DNA of 59,383 nucleotides from an uncultured Mycoplasmatota bacterium (GTDB lineage Bacteria; Bacillota_I; Bacilli_A; RF39; UBA660): NCBI GenBank assembly GCA_900553835.1, contig USFF01000004.1, positions 1 to 59,383 of the forward strand, read 5' to 3'. Shown piece by piece: positions 54,838 to 59,383 of this stretch (position 1 is its first letter; each line of letters starts with the position of its first letter). The notes under the pieces were generated by a model. It saw only the letters and a program-made list of their open reading frames with translations, ran no database searches and was not told where the DNA came from. The position numbers and the translations under genes were made by a program.

Positions 54838-55390
54838 TTTTTAGCTCCTTTTCAATTAAATTTTTGAGTTTATTGTTTTCTTTATCTAAGTCATCTGTTA
54901 AATTATATGGTTTTAAGTAAATTAGTTTTATATTTTTTTTAAATAATCTGTAATTACCCTTTATTATGAACGGGCATATTAAAGAATTTGTTTTTTTAGC
55001 CATTGATACTGTTCCATATTTAAATGGTAGTAAATTTCCATCTTTACTTGTTGTTCCCTCTGGAAATATACAAACTAATTCATTATTATTTATTTTTTTT
55101 ATTCCTTTTAATGTGCTTTCTTTGTTTTTATTTTTTCTATCTACACTTATTACTCCAGCATTTATAAATAGATATTTTATTATTGGTTTAAATATTTCTT
55201 TTTTTGCAAAAAAATTAATGTGTTTTGTTGTACTTGAAATTATTAGAAGTGGGTCTAATACACTTTTGTGGTTTCCTGCAAGTATAGCTCCTTTTTTTGG
55301 TATATTTTCTTTTCCTATTATTACTGGCTTATATAGAAACATAAATAGTTTTATAAATGGCCATGCGATAGAGTATGATATGTATTTCAT
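54830..55390 (-). CDS. 1-acyl-sn-glycerol-3-phosphate acyltransferase family protein (tandem paralogue)
   Basis: AGNHKSVLD, FPEGTTSK and SVDR; 186 aa. It overlaps the downstream paralogue by 8 nt. Confidence 0.8.
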   Translation of the reverse strand: MKYISYSIAWPFIKLFMFLYKPVIIGKENIPKKGAILAGNHKSVLDPLLIISSTTKHINFFAKKEIFKPIIKYLFINAGVISVDRKNKNKESTLKGIKKINNNELVCIFPEGTTSKDGNLLPFKYGTVSMAKKTNSLICPFIIKGNYRLFKKNIKLIYLKPYNLTDDLDKENNKLKNLIEKELKSE

Positions 55391-55492
55391 TTTTTTACCT
55401 CAATTTAATTATAAGAAAAAAAATAATAATTATCAAGAGTTTGTCACAACTCATTAATTTACCCATATAATAAAACTAGAAAGTGAGGTAAT

Positions 55493-56476
55493 ATGAAAAA
55501 AATACACTATATTGTATTAAGTGTCTTTATTTTAGCTATACTTGGTTTTTTAGGAGTTTATTACAGCTGTAAAGATGTTAAGAAAGTCCATAAGGTAAGA
55601 GTAGCAGAAGTAACACATAGTATTTTCTATGCTCCATTTTATGTAAGTATTCATAATGGATATTTTAAGGATGAGGGGTTAGATATTGAGGTTATTTTAA
55701 CAAGTGGTGCTGATAAGGTAGCAAGTGCCGTTCTATCTGAAGATGTTAATATAGGTTTGTCAGGACTAGAGGCCACTATTTATGTTTTTAATAATAAAGC
55801 AAAAGATTATTTAGTTAATTTTTCTGGTTTAACTAAGAGAGATGGACAATTTTTAGTGGGAGACTGTAAATATAAAGATACTTTTAAACTAGATGATTTA
55901 AAAGGCAAGACAGTTTTAGCTGGTAGAAGTGGTGGAATGCCTTCTATGGTATTTATGTATGGTCTACACAAAAATGAAGTTAGTTTGGATGATGTTAATG
56001 TAGATACTTCTGTTGATTTTGCCAATTTAAGTGGTGCTTATATAGGTGGTCAGGGAGAGTTTGTTAATCTTTTTGAACCAACTGCTCTCGGAATAGAAAA
56101 GGAAGGATACGGGTGTGTACTTTCTAGTATAGGGCTTATGTCTGGGGAGGTGCCTTATACTGTATTTCATACTAAGAAGAGTTATTTAAACAATAACAGA
56201 AATGTTATTAATAAATTTAGGAAAGCAATAGATAGAGGGTTAGAGTTTGTTAAAAATAATAACTCGGAGACTATTGCTAATGTTATTAAATCGGAGTTCA
56301 CTGGAACTAGTTTTGATGACATAGTTAAAGTTGTGGATAGATATAAGGGTGCCGATTCTTGGCAAACAGATACAACTATTAGAGAAGGCGCTTATAATAA
56401 TTTGTTAGATTTAATGGAATATAATAAAGTTATTAGTGAAAGGCCAGAATTTGATACTTTAGTTTATAATGAGTAA
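55493..56476 (+). CDS. ABC transporter substrate-binding protein, NMT1/THI5-like (NitT/TauT family)
   Basis: N-terminal anchor, then VRVAEVTHSIFYAPFYVSIHNGYFKDEGLDIEV, the typical start of SsuA/NMT1-type binding proteins. RBS AAGTGAGG. 327 aa. Confidence 0.75.
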   Translation: MKKIHYIVLSVFILAILGFLGVYYSCKDVKKVHKVRVAEVTHSIFYAPFYVSIHNGYFKDEGLDIEVILTSGADKVASAVLSEDVNIGLSGLEATIYVFNNKAKDYLVNFSGLTKRDGQFLVGDCKYKDTFKLDDLKGKTVLAGRSGGMPSMVFMYGLHKNEVSLDDVNVDTSVDFANLSGAYIGGQGEFVNLFEPTALGIEKEGYGCVLSSIGLMSGEVPYTVFHTKKSYLNNNRNVINKFRKAIDRGLEFVKNNNSETIANVIKSEFTGTSFDDIVKVVDRYKGADSWQTDTTIREGAYNNLLDLMEYNKVISERPEFDTLVYNE

Positions 56477-56888
56477 TGTGTTAACTGTTAAACATTTGAG
56501 TAAGAGTTATAATAGTTTAAGTGGTGAGGTTCTTGCTGTCAATGATGTTTCGTTTTCTGTAAAAGAAGGAGAAATGCTTGCTATTATAGGTACAAGTGGA
56601 TGTGGTAAGAGTACTATTCTTAATGTTATAGCAGGGCTTGATAAAGACTACTCAGGTAAGATCTTGTTTAAGGAAAAGACTAAAGTAAGTTATATGCTGC
56701 AAGATGATACTTTATTTCCATGGTTAACTGTTATGGAAAATGCATCTTTAGGACTCAAAGTGCAAAATAAGTTAACTTTAGATAATATTAAGTATGTGAA
56801 GTATTTATTAAAGAAATATGGACTTGGAGATTTTATTGATAAAAAGGTTTCTAGTTTAAGTGGTGGTATGAGGCAAAGAGTTGGATGA
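56469..56888 (+). pseudogene. 3'-truncated ABC transporter ATP-binding gene (NitT/TauT family)
   Basis: Walker A GTSGCGKST, Q-loop MLQDD and signature LSGGMRQRV, then G-stop. Walker B, the D-loop and the H-loop are absent, and no permease gene follows. Confidence 0.75.
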
Positions 56889-57060
56889 ATATAGTATAGA
56901 CACAGGTAGTAATTAAGAAAAGTTGCTTATAGCCCATAAAATAAGGAAAAAATCAATATTTAATCTTTTTGATTTTTCTAAAAAATAGAATTTTAAATTA
57001 AAAATTTTATTCAAGATTTAAGTTAATTTTAAAAGTATAAACAAAGAAAAGAGGTATAAT

Positions 57061-57456
57061 ATGTTGTTAGATAATAATACTAAAAAGGTTTTTGATTTAA
57101 TAGATATGTATGATAATTTAAATATTGTTGATAAAGTTAGGTTAGCTATTTATTTATTAGAAAATAAAAGTTTCTACATCAATTTTAATATTAAAGATAT
57201 AATTATATTATTAAAAGAAGTATTAAATAAACTAGATTCTAGTAATAGTAAAAATATTGTTAATTTTGCTAAATATAAGCATCTATTACTTTTTTCAGCC
57301 AAGTATTTAGAATTAACTGAAAAAGAAAAGAAAAATTTTACAATAGAAATGCTATTTAATCTTTTTGAAGCTGATTTTAAAGATAAAATTATTAATAAAG
57401 AAATTAATAAGCATTTAAATGTATATGATTATTGTTATGCAATATTAAATAATTAA
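57061..57456 (+). CDS. Hypothetical cytoplasmic protein
   Basis: 131 aa ORF preceded by AAGAGG 7 nt upstream and followed by a strong hairpin. No motif recognised. Confidence 0.4.
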   Translation: MLLDNNTKKVFDLIDMYDNLNIVDKVRLAIYLLENKSFYINFNIKDIIILLKEVLNKLDSSNSKNIVNFAKYKHLLLFSAKYLELTEKEKKNFTIEMLFNLFEADFKDKIINKEINKHLNVYDYCYAILNN

Positions 57457-57461
57457 AATTA

Positions 57462-57495
57462 AACCCTAGTAGCTTTAATAGTTACTAGGGTTTTT
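57462..57495. terminator. Bidirectional intrinsic terminator between convergent genes
   Basis: A 10 bp stem aaccctagta/tactagggtt (57462-57471 and 57483-57492) is followed by TTT on the plus strand. A T-rich tract with interspersed A follows it on the minus strand. Confidence 0.55.
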
Positions 57496-57519
57496 AATAT
57501 AACCAAATATATTTTTCTT

Positions 57520-58944
57520 CTAATTTGTTTGTTTTTTTCTATAAACAATTAATGAAGCTCCAGCAAGTCCAATAATGGATAAAATGCCAGTTGCTAGATA
57601 CATCATAACATTATCACCAGTTTTAGGATTTTCTACATTTGTACCTGATGATTTTTCTGTTGCAACGATTCCATACTCGCTTAAATGTGATGTTTCAAAA
57701 ACTATATATCCATCTTCTATTGTTGCTGGTATAGTTTCTTTTATTTCATCATTTAAAATATAAACGACTTCATATTTTTTGTATCCTTTTAAATCCTCTG
57801 GTAAAGCAATTTTTATTTTCATTTTAGTATTATCAATCTTAACTACTTGACCATTTTCTAATACATTTATATCTGCTAAGTATTTAATATTTTTGTCAGA
57901 TAAATTCTTACTTACTTCAACTTTTTTAATATCCAAAGTATAGTTTTTACTTACTTCTTTTTCAAAAGTAATACTACCATTTATTGCACCAGTGCTTTTG
58001 ATTTCTTTTACAGTATCTTGAGTAGGTTGTTCAGTTGATGTAGGTGTCATTGTCAAAACTCCATAAAACCATGCAACAACATTATTACTCTCACTAATAC
58101 TAACTGAATCAGGATTCATAGTTATAGTTTTTCCATTTATACTTATTTTTGTTTTATCTTTATCAAAATAATAACCATTTTTAACAGCTTCATCTGTTAA
58201 TTTTACATATATATTATAACTATATTTTGTGTTTTCTTTAAATGATGTAAGAAGTGTATCACCCCAATCTTTATAACGGTTATTCCAATACTCTGATGAT
58301 GTTATTATTTCATCAGCACCTGCCCAACCCTCATTGTCAATTTCATATAATGCATTGTCAGCAACTTTGCCAGTAAATTTTGGTACATCTCCAACATTAA
58401 ATTTAGTCGTTACACCATTTATCTCTACAAGTTCAACTACTTTCTTTGATATAGGTTTAATTGTTTTTATCGCCGTAACATAAACTCCACTGCTATTTTT
58501 TATTACATTTTCTTTTTTTACAGTTTCATCATTAATTTTAACTGTGCAACCATCTTTGAAAGAATATCCATCTTTTGCCTTTAAAGAAATACTATACATA
58601 TATGTTTTCCCCTCTTCAAAGGTAGTTATTTTTTTATCTTGTGAAAGAGCATTATTTTTGTTTTCATCAGAATACCAAAACTTAACTGGATTGGACTCTC
58701 CATTTTCATTAGTCTCCATCTCTTCCCAATATTCATATTCTATTTCGTAGTTGTCATAATTACCTGCTTCATCATAAGTTATATGAGCAGATGCTTTTGG
58801 GGCATCCCCTGCTACATAATCAAAATTGACACTACCTATATTTGCTTCGCCAATTTCTGTTGCTGCAAATGTAGTTATTGGTGCAAGGCACATAGTAAAT
58901 AAGAACATTAATACAGCAGTAATTAGTATTTTACTTTTCTTCAT
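57520..58944 (-). CDS. Cell-wall-anchored surface protein with an NPKTG sorting signal
   Basis: Signal peptide and two homologous domains of about 130 aa. The C-terminus reads ENPKTGDN, then a hydrophobic segment (VMMYLATGILSIIGLAGASLIV), then YRKKQTN. RBS AGGAGGAA. Confidence 0.7.
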   Translation of the reverse strand: MKKSKILITAVLMFLFTMCLAPITTFAATEIGEANIGSVNFDYVAGDAPKASAHITYDEAGNYDNYEIEYEYWEEMETNENGESNPVKFWYSDENKNNALSQDKKITTFEEGKTYMYSISLKAKDGYSFKDGCTVKINDETVKKENVIKNSSGVYVTAIKTIKPISKKVVELVEINGVTTKFNVGDVPKFTGKVADNALYEIDNEGWAGADEIITSSEYWNNRYKDWGDTLLTSFKENTKYSYNIYVKLTDEAVKNGYYFDKDKTKISINGKTITMNPDSVSISESNNVVAWFYGVLTMTPTSTEQPTQDTVKEIKSTGAINGSITFEKEVSKNYTLDIKKVEVSKNLSDKNIKYLADINVLENGQVVKIDNTKMKIKIALPEDLKGYKKYEVVYILNDEIKETIPATIEDGYIVFETSHLSEYGIVATEKSSGTNVENPKTGDNVMMYLATGILSIIGLAGASLIVYRKKQTN

Positions 58945-58955
58945 AATTTTTCCTC

Positions 58956-59383
58956 CTAATTTTCTCTTTCCTTTTTATTATTAATCACTATAGTAGTGGC
59001 AATACCTAATACTGATATAATAGATAGTATTATATATGTTCCAATATTATCGCCTGTTTGTGGATTAGTAATATCTTCTGTCTTTTCTGTATTTACCTGT
59101 TTTGCTTTGACTTCAAATTTAGTAGTTGCTGAGCCACCATCATTAAATTCAACCTTAATTGTATGTTCACCGATTGATAGTGTATCAACATATTCTTTAT
59201 TTAAATTAATAACTGTACTACCAGATTCTGCTTTATAATTTTTAGCATCAACTAATATTCCATCAATATATAGTTTGCCATCAAATAAACTAAAGTCAGC
59301 ATCTATTCTAAATATTGCATTTTTTGATTCATCAATAGTATATATTTGATTTGCTCCTTCAGTAAACTTATATTCTTTAGGAC
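58956..59383 (-). CDS. Cell-wall-anchored surface protein with an NPQTG sorting signal (3' part only; the gene runs off the window)
   Basis: My own translation of the minus strand is open from 59381 to the TAG at 58956-58958. It reads ...KFEVKAKQVNTEKTEDITNPQTGDNIGTYIILSIISVLGIATTIVINNKKEREN. It is not in the ORF track because no start codon lies inside the window. Confidence 0.65.
   Translation of the reverse strand, partial: PKEYKFTEGANQIYTIDESKNAIFRIDADFSLFDGKLYIDGILVDAKNYKAESGSTVINLNKEYVDTLSIGEHTIKVEFNDGGSATTKFEVKAKQVNTEKTEDITNPQTGDNIGTYIILSIISVLGIATTIVINNKKEREN

Noticed and set aside
1-59383. Use of the Mollicutes genetic code (TGA = Trp), considered because of the extreme AT content.
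   Set aside because: TGA terminates ORFs exactly where homologues end, for example the Alg14-like gene at 7475-7477. Reading through the TGA at 56886 gives only two more codons before a TAG. Code 11 fits all genes.
1-59383. CRISPR arrays, rRNA genes, prophage blocks, integrases, or att duplications of the tRNA-Cys 3' end.
   Set aside because: I found no regularly spaced direct repeats. The only GC-rich conserved-looking islands are tRNA-Cys and the 51.0 kb element. No integrase, recombinase or phage structural motif is present, and no second copy of the GC-rich tRNA 3' segment (ggagtcgaacc) occurs in the window.

Overview
This 59.4 kb window is very AT-rich (roughly a quarter G+C by eye). 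It uses standard code 11, because TGA works as a stop, and it looks like a Clostridia-like Firmicute chromosome. About 50 of about 55 genes lie on the minus strand, and almost everything concerns the cell envelope. No rRNA, CRISPR array or intact transposase is present.

Content from left to right:
- **1-55:** the terminal inverted repeat of an IS3-type element at the window edge.
- **0.1-4.8 kb:** an Mbeg1-like hydrolase, a lipoprotein, a SanA/DUF218 protein and a P-type ATPase.
- **4.9-26.4 kb:** a large cell-wall glycopolymer locus.
  - It carries a complete GDP-D-glycero-alpha-D-manno-heptose pathway (GmhA, HddA, and a fused HddC-GmhB) plus an SDR enzyme.
  - It has a TagG/TagH-like ABC exporter and several GT2 enzymes.
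  - One 1062 aa protein fuses GT2, GT2 and a pyruvyl-transferase domain.
  - It also has a radical SAM/SPASM-like enzyme, an acyltransferase-3, a Wzy/WaaL-like domain fused to a GT4, and a split Alg14/Alg13-like GT.
  - Two paralogous LtaS/OpgB-like transferases sit at its ends, one next to a PssA-like gene.
- **26.4-30.6 kb:** a ZIP transporter, an esterase, YtxH, glyA and a TasA/camelysin-like secreted protein.
- **30.8-34.4 kb:** a UvrD/helicase-IV-like helicase with a nuclease-like insertion, convergent with a SAMHD1-like HD protein, next to tRNA-Cys.
- **34.7-39.9 kb:** an operon of envelope proteins, a metallophosphoesterase with a frameshift in a homopolymer run, and small unknown genes.
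- **39.9-49.8 kb:** an operon encoding a dockerin-bearing SH3b-GH73 peptidoglycan hydrolase, a membrane-anchored cohesin-like protein, an LCP-PASTA fusion, two unknown proteins and a Ca2+ P-type ATPase.
- **49.9-54.2 kb:** an MBOAT/DHHW/SGNH O-acylation module. It is preceded by a GC-rich (about 59%), unclassified structured leader or small RNA with a terminator.
- **54.3-59.4 kb:** tandem PlsC paralogues, an ABC uptake remnant whose ATPase gene is cut off right after the signature motif, and two surface proteins with NPxTG (class-B sortase type) signals.

The candidates I rate highest for new biology are:
1. the non-cellulosomal cohesin-dockerin autolysin tether and its operon;
2. the heptose, pyruvate and radical-SAM glycopolymer locus;
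3. the GC-rich RNA element at about 50.99-51.05 kb.

All domain calls come from motifs I read in the translations. No database search was run.
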